Shown here: piece by piece, positions 39,737-52,099 of the stretch
Layout: each line of letters begins with the position of its first letter
Position numbering within the stretch: position 1 is the stretch's first letter
Assembly: GCA_004022145.1 (NCBI GenBank)
Contig: RCNU01000008.1
DNA from: Paecilomyces variotii
Lineage: Eukaryota
Direction: 5' to 3' (one strand)
DNA length: 64,000 nt
Program-made: the position numbers and the translations under genes
The notes under the pieces: model-generated
Databases searched by the model: none
What the model saw: only the letters and a program-made list of their open reading frames with translations
Told to the model about the DNA's origin: nothing

Positions 39737-42609
39737 CTTAACTAGATTAATTTTATAATCTATACTTAGTCTTTAAAGAGAAAGATACTTTATCTCCTTT
39801 TTACTAAATATTTATATTAGATTAATATATTATTTTAGAATCTTAATAATTATTATATTTTCTTTATCTTTAAGATTTATAGCTATTAGCAGTAAACTAA
39901 TATAATATATTAATAAAAACCCTTCTATAATATTATTATTTTAGTCTTATTTTAAATCTTATAAGAGTTTAATATCTTTTATAAAGTCTTCTAATAAATT
40001 AATATATATTATAAAATCTTCTAATAAGAGGTATTATTATTTTAGTTCTTATTAAAATATTTAGCTAAGTTACTAATTTATATTAGGGTTTACAGCTATT
40101 AGCTATAGTAATTTAAGGATTATATTAAAAAATATTAATAAGGCTTAAAATATATATAATTCTATATCCTCCCTTAATATAGTATAATATAACTTAAAAT
40201 AATGCTTTATTAGTATAGTTAATATTATATTATTAATATCTATAATACTTAGAAGTATTATTAAACCTAGTATTAAATATATTCCTTTAATTTAATCTAT
40301 TACTATAGTATTAATATAATTTATATTAATATTATTATTAATAAGTATTAATAAAACTATAATATTTTTTTTATATAATAGTATTATAACTAAGATAATA
40401 ATCTTAATCTATTTAGCTATAAGTATATATAATAATAAGATATAAATTTTAATAGGTATAGGTATTATACTTAAGTTAAGCCCTTTATTTAAAGGGGAAT
40501 AGGCCTATATTCTTAACCCCCCCTTTAGTTTTTTATAAAGGGTAATTTTATAAATAATTAAAAGGCCTTTAAATATTATTTTTTTTAATAGCTCTTCTTT
40601 TTATATTTTAAATAAAGACCTTTATTTTAATATTGCTTCTATTCCTTATCTAATAATATATATTTTTTATTATTCTATATAGGCTAAAATAGCCGCCTAT
40701 AATTTTAGCCTTAATCTCTTTATTATAACTCCTAAACTAGTTCCTTATATAAAAAATAACTCTTAATATCTTTTAATTAACTTAAGCTTATATATTCTTA
40801 ATATTCTTTTAAGGAGTATTATTCTATATAATATTAAGCCTTATTAAAATATACTTCTGCCTATTATATAATATATTTTTATTCTATATATAACTTTAGT
40901 AAATAAGTAAAATAACTTTAATAGATTTTATAGATAAGTTATAATATTAGTTTTTAATTAAAGGCATCGCTTAAGATAAAATTATTCTAGTTTAAATTAG
41001 CTATAATTATTTTAAATTTATTAATAAAATCTTATAATAATTAGTTATAATACTATTATAAGTTATATATATATTATACTATAATTATATTAGTATTAAT
41101 AAGATTATAATAATTTAATAGCTACCGCTATAATAAAGTATAATTAATAAAAATAAAGTTATTAGGATTATTAATTTTAAGTATTATTAAATGCCTTTTT
41201 ATTCTATTCTTTATATATAAATAAAGATATAATACTCGTTCTTTTATATTATATAAACTCTTATTATTTAATTATTTATTAAATTTAATTACTTAATACT
41301 TTAATTCCTCTACTAACCTATTAAAAGGTTTTAGATATTAAAGTTTTAGTCTCTAAGTAAAAAATACTAATATTACCCTTAAACTTTAAGTAATACTTTA
41401 ATCTAAATAAGTAAATACTCTTACCTACTATTATTATTATATTAGTTTTTTTTAGCTATTATTAGAGTTCCGCAAGCTATTATATAATTTATTAGTTATT
41501 TAACTTTAACTATAGCTATAGCTATAATTATAACTATTATTAAAACTATAATTATAATTATAATTATTCTCTAACTATAGCTTAGCTAAATAGCTAAGCT
41601 ATATCTTATTATCTCTCCTAAAGGCATTTAATTATCTTACTTATTATTATTATAAGGTTATTTATTACCGGGATAAATAAGTCCTATATTTCTTCTATTA
41701 TTAATATTTTTTATTATTATTAAGTTTTATTAGCACTTATCTTTATACTTACTTATTAAAGTTATTATATTTATTATAATTATTATAGTTATTAGTAAGC
41801 CTTTTTATACTCTCTAATATTAAGGCTATTGCTTATATTATTAGAGCTAGAAGATTAAATTATTATTCTATTTAATCTTATTATTATTAAGGAGTTATTT
41901 TAATAAGGTTATATTATCTATAAATATATCTATAATACTAGCTTATAATACTCCTTAGATTACTATAGAAACCTATAATTAGTTAAGATTAATTTTAAGA
42001 TATAATAGACTTTATTCTAGCTATAAGTAATTATAATTAACTATTATAACCTGCGGTTTATTATACTCTTTTATAAAGACTTATTAAAGCTTATAGTTTT
42101 TAGTCTAAATTAAAAGACCTTCTAATACTTATTTTACAGAAAAAAAAAGAGATAAATAATTAAGAATATAATTAGAATAATATAAGTTTAGTTAGAGACT
42201 AATTATATTAGAGATTTAAAAGAGATTATAAGAATCTAGAATACTAAGTATAGCGAGTAGGTTATCTAATATTATATAACTAGGTCTAGTTATATAACCT
42301 AGAGAGAAAAGGGTCTTATATCTATAATAGTAAACTATAATTAAAAAATTATAAGTAAAATATTTAATCCCCTATTTATTAATTTAGATACTCCTAATAC
42401 TATTATAGAAGACTTCTCTAGAGCTCTATAGATTAAATAGCCTAGATAATTTATTAAATAAATTAAATAAAGGGGTAGTAGATATACTAGCTAAGCTATT
42501 ATTTTCTCTAAAAACACCTTCTTAAAAGAAGCAGATTATTTAGATATTAGAAATATTAATTAAATAATAACTTTTATAAGAGTAAAGTTTAAATAAAAGG
42601 CTTATATAA

Positions 42610-45600
42610 TATAAAGAGCTGGGGTAAGAGAGCTCTTTATCGGAGGTAACTAGTTAGACTAATTAAACAGAATATAAGATAAGAGATAGAGATATAGGTA
42701 AGTAGCCGTCTATATATAGTAGAGTTAAAAGATTAAATTTAGTAGTAATTAGAATAAATTGCTAATTTATTTAACTTCTATTCTTTTAGGGGTTATTTAT
42801 TTATCTATTTATTCTACTAGGTTATCTAGATAACTTAATCTTAATAGCTCTATTTATAATTAACTAATCTAACTATTATATATAAATCTAATTATCTTAT
42901 TATTCTTTATTATTTATCTTAGGTTATTTATCCTAGGTTTTAGCAGGTTTAAATTAGGTATTATAGCCCTAATTTATAATAATATTTCCCCTTATTAAAA
43001 GGCTTATCCTAAGCTATATAAAGTTTATTATATAGATTTAAATATTTAGGTATAGCTATAATAATAATAATAAGTCGCTATTAAGGTATACTTATTATAT
43101 AAATTTATCTAATATTAGCTTTATTTTAATATTTTTACCTAGGAGATTAGGAGTATTTCTATTCTTTATTAACTAACTCCTATTTTACTGCCTATATATT
43201 AAAATATCCTTTCTCTATTTCTATAGCTTATTTAATGCTATTTTTTAATAATTTAAATATAGAAATAGCTAATATTTATGCAAGCATATTAAAAATAAGA
43301 TTTTTAAATTATTTTCTTTATAAGTTCTGCGCGTGCGCTTAATATAAATTATAACTTTTTAAGTTTATATAATAGTGCTAATTAATATAATAATACCTCC
43401 TAAATGCTTTAAGCATATTTTATTTCTTCTAGGCCCTCTTAATAAAGCCCCTATAACTAGCCTTAAGCTATTATAGCTATTAACTAAAGATTATCTGTTT
43501 AATTATTAGCTTATAGATAATAAGCAGCTTAATAAGCTATCTTTTCTCCCTATATCTCTAATTACTAATATAATATTAGAACTAATAACTCCTTTTTTAT
43601 AAATTATTCTATTTATTATTATTAATAATAATAATAAAATATCTCTACTAAGAGTATCTATAGAAGACCTCTTAATAAAGAAATATCTCTTATCTAAGAT
43701 ATATAGGGATTAGTTTATATTTAGTAATATAGTTTTTCTTATATATAAGAAGGTGCAGGCTAGTCTATTATATTCTTTTTAAAGATTAAAATATAATTAT
43801 AATAATATTACTCTTATTATATTTATAATAGAAAAAACTTCTATTTAGTTAATTAAAAAACTATAAAAGAGATTAAAGATAAAGGAGGTCCCTAGTATAG
43901 AGACCTAGAGAATTTAAAATATTATTATAACTCTTATTCTTAAAGTTAAAGCTATTATTAAAATACCTCCTCTCTAAATTAATTTATCTCTTACTAAGAT
44001 AATAATATTAATTATTATTACTAATATTAATATAATAATAAGTTATCTTATTATCTTTAAAATAGACCTTATTATAGATTCTTTTAGCTTAAAAGATTTA
44101 ATTAAAGACTTTTCTCCTATCTTATAAGAGATATATCTTTATTATTTAAAAGCCCTAATATAAAATCTTAAGTAATAATATATCTATCTTTATATTAATA
44201 TAAAGTATCTTTATTATAAGGGCCTTTATAAGCTATATATTCTTATATTACTAATATATAAGGCTAAGTTAACTTATATTTAAAGGTTTAGCTAAGAGGC
44301 TTATCTCTTAGATAATTTAAAGTCTTATAATAAGGCTATAAATACTTATATCTCCTTTATAGAGGCATATATATAGAAATCTGTATTTAAGACTATTAGA
44401 TATTAGCTTAATATTGCTATTATCCTATTAACTCTATTATATTTTAAATTAGAGTTATTATATCTTCTCTAGAAGTTATATTAAATAATCTATTTATTAA
44501 ACTATAATATCTTATATATAGTAAATATATTTATCTAATTATAGGAATTGCCTCTATTCTCTAATAAGAAAGAGAAAGATATTATTAAGGGGTTTTATAG
44601 TAATAAAATAGCTAAATAGAATAATATTATAGGCCTATATTTAAAGCCTTAATTAGGGCTAGCTTAATTAAATTAAATTATTTCTATTAAAATTCCTTTC
44701 TTTTATATTTTCTTTAAAACTCCTAAACTCTATAAAAAAATTAGAGAAAGAGTAATATATATAGCAATATATTTAATAATAGTTAAAAACTTAATAGGAA
44801 AAAAGTATTATTATTTATTTATTTTATTTTATTTTCTGCTTTATAGCTCTCTTTTATATTACCTTTATTTAAACAGCTTGCCTATATTAAGAACCTTATT
44901 AAGGTTTTTACTATAATACTTCTCTAGAGCTTTAATTATATATATAAAATCTTCTAATATCTACTATAAGTTCTTATATAAAGGATATTTTTTTTATTTT
45001 ATTAGGAACTATTTTTTTCTATAAAAGGTCTGTTTATTAAGGATTTCTTTTACCTTCTATTTTTATTCTTTATTAATAATAATTAGATCTAGCTATTTAG
45101 GTTTTATTTCTTCTTATTAATTATAGGGCTCTAACAGGGAGATATAGAATATAAGATATATTCTGCTTAGGCTCTTCGGCAGTTATAATTAATATACTTA
45201 CTTTCTAATTATTTTAATTACTTTATATAGTTTAAAAAATTAATAGTCTAATTTCTTATTAAATTAATTAGTTTATAGATTTTTTATTAATAGAAGAATT
45301 TAATCTCTAACTTTATATAATTTAGGTATATGCTTCTTATTATAGTACTTTGCTTATATCTTAATAGCGCGTTATAAGTATTTCTCTAATTTTACCCTAA
45401 TATTTATTAATTCTTTAAGTTATTCTTTAATAGCGGGAATATTTAATCTTATTCTTATATTATATTTATTCTAATTATTAAGATTAAATCTATAAAAGGC
45501 CTTAAATAGCGAGTATTTAGTAGTAGAATGCTTTATATTATTATAAGTATACTTCGCTATACTTAATAATAATACCCAGTTATCTTAATAATAATTTATA

Positions 45601-48600
45601 TATATCTTTAGATAATACTTTAAGGTTTAATTCTAGTACTTTATTTATCTATCTATTTATAAATAAAAAGCAGTACTTATTAATTAGGTAATTTATATAT
45701 ATTAATAAAGCTTAGTCTAATATTTACTGGTAAATACTAATCTCTAATCTAAAATAATTAATATTAGGGGATTAAACTAGTAATATACCCTTTTTATAAT
45801 TAGGTTAGCTAAGTCTTCTATTATAATTATTTCTTAGATTAAGATATATAGAGCTATCTTAGAATATTAGTTTATAACTACTAAAATTATATTATATTTA
45901 ACTTTTTATTAAGTTAATAGTAGTAAGCTAATAATAAAATCTATTAATATACTTTACTAGGGTCTTTTTATTATAGATAGTAAATTTAATTACTTATATA
46001 ACTTATATTTAAGAATTCTATTCCTTTTATAGATATTATAGGTCTTTATATATTTCTATATATTATTCTATATACCTAGCTAGTAAAACTTTTATTTAAA
46101 CAATTTTTTTATAGTTTTAATTCCTTAATAGCTAGTATATAAATTATTATAATAAATTTACAGTAATTCTTACTTTAATAAATATTTATCTAAGATATAA
46201 ATCTAATCCTATTTCTATAGCAGACTCTTATTATCTATAGTTTATTTAAAACTTTTAGATTAATTAATCTCTAAACTATTAATCTTCTTTAATATAAAGG
46301 TATTCTTTTACTAAAGCTATTTAAATAACTCTAGAAGATTAGGCTTTAGAAGATCTTAAATTATCTCTCTATTAATAACCTTTAATACTAATAGTCTTAG
46401 CAGTAAGTATTTGCAACTATCTATATTATTATCTTTATTTAAAATATATAGTTTTAGTTTCTTCTATAGGGTAGATAATAATTTAATCTCTTATTTCTCT
46501 TTTAAGAATTTATAATTTAGTCTCTAAGATAATATATTAGCTATATTTAAATAACCCGGCTTATATTTAATATAAAAGTTATAGCTTGCTAGCAGTTTTG
46601 CCTATTTTACTTACCTATTATTTAAAATCTTTATTATAAAGAAATAGCATAAGTTTATATAGTTAATCTATATTTAAGCAGGGTATTTACTGCTATTTAA
46701 ATAATATCTCTAATGCTTAAAAGCTTTAATTATTGCTAATAGTTCCTAATTATATATTTTATATTAATATTTAATTTTAGTAAATTTCCTTAAGAAATAT
46801 GCAACTAAGTATTACTACTCTATTGCTTTACTTATAAGCTATAGTAAAATAATAGCTAAAGCAAATCCTAAGGCATCTATAGCTATTATAATTAGCTTCT
46901 TTAGATTATAATACTATAATACTAGTAGTTTAATAAATATAATCTTTAAATCTTTAAATATTTTCTATGCTTTAGGTATTTATTTTAATAGTCTTATCTT
47001 CTTACTATATTTACTATTCTTAAGCAGATTTATTAATAGTATTATAATAAAAGAATAATTATAAATAAATCTTCTAAAGAAACTTATAAATCTTAAAAAG
47101 ATTTAAATATTATAAAAGGTCTTTAGTATAAGCTAATTATAAATCATTTTAATCCTAAAAGAATTTATCTTAATTCTATTTTATCTTATAATAAATCTTA
47201 AAAAAGAGACTTCTTTCTTATAAAATTTATATTTGCTTAACTTTATATATAAATTATACTTATAAAATCTCTTTAATACTTTAAAAATATACTATTTATA
47301 TTCTTTTTTATCTATTAAGAAGATTAAGATATTATTTAAATATATAATATAGTAAATATTTAATAAGCCCCTTAGTACTATATTAATATAGGCTTAAAAT
47401 ATAGTTAAAGTATTATATAATCTAAATAATATAATAAGATATTTAAAATAGCTATATTAAGTTCTAAATACTATCTTTTATTTATCTCTCCTTTATATAT
47501 ATATTCTATAATAGGCTTTTTAGAGGTTAAGTTTTATAAAAAATCTTATATTTATTAATTAATCTAGTATTTTATCTATTTATAGTAATAGATAGCAATT
47601 CTTAATTATTTAGATATTTAGTCCTTAATAATTAATATACAAGTATAATTTATTATCTTTCTTAGGGATAAAGATAATTAGTAATTTAACTAGGCTAGTT
47701 AAAGCTTAAATCTAACCTTATTATTATATATCTTCTAGATATTTTTATAATATATTTAATTTTTTAATAAAGTATAGGTATAGAAGCCTCTATAGTAATA
47801 TTTTGCTATTAATTAACTCTATTATATAGGTCCTAGTATCTTCTAGTAAGGATAATATTTTAACTCCCTCTTCTAAAAAGATATCTTAAAATTATATATA
47901 GTATAGGGGAAGTTAAATTTCTTCCTTATTTATTTTAATATATTCCCCTTATATATAATAGATTAGTTAATCTTGCGCTATTTCTGCAAATACTTATAGA
48001 GTTTAAATCTTAACCTAGAATAAAACCTCCTGCTAATATCTTTATATTAGGTATCTTTAATTTATAATAGGATTATTATAGTATAACTATAATAATCTTA
48101 GTATTATATTTTAATTCTTCTTAATTATATTAAATTCCTATATAGAAATAATTTAAAAGTTAATTTTATATTATTTTATCTTCTTCTCTAAGTTTTTTAC
48201 CTTAATAATAATTAAGAAGCAGCTATAAATTAGCATTATTTAATTTTTTATCTATAAGGCACATTTAACTAGCTTTTAGGGAAACTTTATATATTTATAA
48301 TATAATAAAAAGTTATAGTTAATAAAATTAGCATATATTTAGAAATTAAGAAGTATATTTATTTTTATAATATAACTCTTAATTAATATACTTACTAAAA
48401 TTATAAACTCTAGCTTTATATCTTTAAGTTACTAAAATACCCTAAGTCTAATATCTTTATCTTTTAAGGGTTTAGAGTTTTTTATAGTCTTCTTAGAATA
48501 TTATTTATTAATATATTTATTTTTCTTATAATTAAAATATCGCCCTTTTTTTTATTAATTATTCTCGCTCCTTTAAGGTTTTAAACTTCCTTTATTTATA

Positions 48601-50006
48601 TTCTAAAGAGGTTAACTAAAATAATTTATCCTTTTACTTATCTCTTATATATAGATAAAATTAGTCTTTCTCCCTTATATAAGGGTAGAATTATTTCTTT
48701 TTTTTATATTCTTTTAATTGGGTTTTAACAGAGTTTTAAGGGCTTTATTTAATAACTATAGCTTTTAAAGCTAGTTATAATAGATTAGTTAGAATATATA
48801 TATATTTAAATAACTAATTCTATATATCTTCCTATAATATAGAGAAGAAAATTTAGCTTTAAATATTATTTTTTAGGGCTAATTTAGCTTTATAAAGCTT
48901 AAATTTATTTTAGAAATTTTAAGTAGTTTATTTTAGCTATTATTTTAGCCTCTAGAATTATATAGCAGATATTTAAAGTCTAAATCTTAGGTTCTTAAGA
49001 TAATTTAATAGCTATTATTAAAATCCTTACTATAAAATTATAGCTAAAGTAAGGGGTTTATAACTTTAAACTATTTTATAGTTATTTAAAAGTAAAGTAG
49101 TAGTATAATTTATTTTACTTTCCTTAATTTAAAATATAAATATATTATAGGTAAAATATTATTTTATATAGCGGTATTAATAGTAGTAAATATCTAAATC
49201 CTTAGCTTAATATTAATAAGGTTTAAATAGTTTAGCAATAAATCTAGATTTAGGAGTTATATTAATTTATTTTATTAACTCTATAACTATAGCTATATTT
49301 ATCTTTTTTAATAGTCCTTAAATTATATCTTATAAAGCTCTTATTGCTATATTATTAACTTAATATTATATATTTAGCAAAGTAATAGGTTTAGTATTAA
49401 TAATATTTAATTCTAATTAAATATTAGGGTCTATAATATTTCTTAGATTAGTTAAATTCTCTAGATTTATAGCAATTACTAATTTAGGCTAAGTACTAAG
49501 CTCTAAACTATATCTAGATTTAGATTTAAACTATATAGGTCTTAAGTTATTTATAGATTCTCTATATTAATCTGCAGTATTATTTCCTAATATCTCTTCT
49601 CTTTTTAATATACTGCTAGATAAGTAATTTAAACTATAAAGAGCTAAAATAAGGGAGCTCTTTATTAGAGGTAACTAGTCGGACTAGTTAAATAAAATAT
49701 AAGATAAAAGGTAAAGATATAGGTAAGTAGCTATTTATATATAGTAGAGTTAAAAGGTTAAATTTAATAATAATTAGAATAAATTATTAATCTATCTAAC
49801 TTTTATTCTTTTAGGGGTTATTTATCTATTTATCTATTCTATTAAGTTATTTAAATAACTTAGTCTTAATAGCTTTATCTATAACTAGCTAATCTAACTA
49901 TTATATATAGATCTAATTATCTTATTATCCTTTATTATTTATCTTAGGTTATCTATCTTAAGTCTTAGCAGGTTTAAATTAGGTATTATAGCCTTAGTTT
50001 ATAATA
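42610..50006 (-). mobile_element. Gypsy/Ty3 chromovirus LTR retrotransposon C (7,397 bp), RIP-inactivated
   Basis: 372-bp LTRs at 42610-42981 and 49635-50006. TSD TATAA at 42605-42609 and 50007-50011. Polypurine tract AAGGGGAAA on - after 42981. Back-translated YLDD at 47331-47342, integrase end IHPVFHVSLLEP (about 45125-45165) and chromodomain FLVKWK.Y (about 44910-45060). Confidence 0.9.
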
Positions 50007-51454
50007 TATAAATACCTATAATAAAGAATAAAAGAATTAGAATTTTAATAATAATTAGAAGAGAGAACTTTTTTATATTAAAAGAGTAATATTAAAGATA
50101 TTAAAATAGAAGTTTTATATAAATATATCTAAATTTTCCTAACTCTTAAGTTATCCTATAGATATTTAAATTATCTTAAAGATTTTTAAGTAGTTTTAGG
50201 TAATCTTAGAAAATACTAAATTCTCCTTAACTAATAATAATATATATTTATATAATATAATATAATAGATTTATTAGATATTAGCTTTATTTAAATAAAA
50301 GTAAATATGCCTATAAATTTCTAACTTCTTCTCTTCTTTTTTAAAATAATAAATATTAAAATAGCTTATCCTCCTATAATTTAGGTATTTAATTACTTTA
50401 TTATAATATCTTTTAATAAGATAGAAATACTTACTGCTACTATAATAATTCTAAAAGAAGCTTTTTAATTTAAAGTAAAGCCTTATCTTTCTCTATATAA
50501 TATATTAGCTTTAAATATTATTAAATAAGACTAATATATTTAATCTTTAGCCCCTTCTTACTATCTTATTTTTATTAATTAATAAAAATAATAGTAGATA
50601 AGTAAAGTTAGATTAGGATAATTAAATATATAATTTAGCCCTTCTTTATCTCTAAGTCTATTATTACTTATGCCTCCTTTACTATTACTAAAAAGCCTAC
50701 TATAAGTTTTTAATTTATTTTTTATAATTAAAATAGATTATAATAATAATAATAATAATAATTTTATTAGGCTTATTTTAAGTAAAGGTTTAGAGATATC
50801 TCTATAAATAATAGTACTATTAGAAGAAAGTAAATACTAATACTATTATAGTAGAAGTTTATCCTTAATATTTATAACTCTTATTATTATAAACCTGCCT
50901 TTAATAAATATTACTATATTTACTCTTAGTCTTATATAAGAATAATATAATTAGTCTTAAATAATTAATTAGCTATATTTACTTTAAGTATAAATCTCTA
51001 AAAGTAAAATAATAAAAATATATACTCCTATAGCTATTAAAAAATAATAATCCTTTAGATAAAAGAACTAAGAATATCTTAATCTTAATAAATAATATAA
51101 TATTAGCTATATTAGCTATATTATAGAGATTAAATTAAGTAAATAACTCTTTAGGGCAGATAAATATATAGCCTATTAGCTTTATAATAAAGAATATTAA
51201 ATCTATTTTATAAAGAGTATTTAGTAAGTATATAAGCTAAAAGACACTTATACTTATTACTATTTAGCTATTTATATTAAGAGCTATAGCTTAAATAAGT
51301 AATATAAATAGGCTCTCTTATTACTATTACTCCCTCCTTAATATTTATTATTAAAAAGAGGTTCTCTTTTTAAAGCTAATAATAGTATTATTATAGTTTA
51401 ATAAATATTAATATTTAATTTATATTAAATAAGCTCTATCTTCTAATTGCTCTA

Positions 51455-51685
51455 CTTTATAAGTAAGCTTTAATTAAATCCTTAATAATTAATAGGCTAT
51501 ATAGCTAAATACTTTAAGGTATCTTAGAAGGGCCTAACTATAAGTATTAATTAAAGATATAATAATCTTTATATTAGTTACTTTATTTTATAAATAAGCT
51601 TTAACTAAATCCTTAATAATTAGTAGGCTATATAGCTAAATGCTTTAAAGTATTTTAGAAAGACCTAACTATAAATATTAGCTAA
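51455..51685. repeat. Direct repeat pair of about 100 bp (51455-51554 and 51586-51685) inside the DNA transposon
   Basis: ...TAAGCTTTAA.TAAATCCTTAATAATTA.TAGGCTATATAGCTAAAT.CTTTAA.GTAT.TTAGAA...CCTAACTATAA.TATTA occurs twice, 131 bp apart. Confidence 0.8.
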
Positions 51686-52099
51686 TATACTATATCTATT
51701 AGGCCGGGTTAATATTAGTAAGTAAGAGAGGGAAAAATACTAAAATTAAACTTTATATCTCTATATAATAGCACTTAGGTAATATGCTTTAGAGCTAATT
51801 TAAAGTATAGCTAAATAGAGATATAATTAATTTATTAGAATAGCTAATATAAACCTTTATATATTATATTTTATCTTATTTTACTGGGGATAATAAAGCT
51901 TCTTAGCTAATTATATATTAAACCTCTTATTATTAATTCAGGAGTTTAAGGGAGTAAAAAATTATATAATCTATATATTAACTCTCTTAATATTAGCTTA
52001 GAAGTTTAGAATAGTTAAATATTATATATTTAATTATATACTTATTCTCTTATTAGCCTAGATCTTATAGGGAGTTAGTAAATCTTATAAGGAGTTAAC

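Larger units (their letters stand above)
28271..42329 (-). mobile_element. Gypsy/Ty3 chromovirus LTR retrotransposon A (about 8.1 kb net), RIP-inactivated
   Basis: 152-bp LTRs at 28271-28422 and 42178-42329. TSD GTAAA at 28266-28270 and 42330-42334. Polypurine tract next to the left LTR on -. Back-translated gag zinc knuckle (about 40600), RT WKTAF...MPFGL (about 33360-33440) and YLDD (33280-33291), integrase (about 31100-31750), chromodomain VKWKGY...TWEP (about 30870-31000). Confidence 0.9.
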
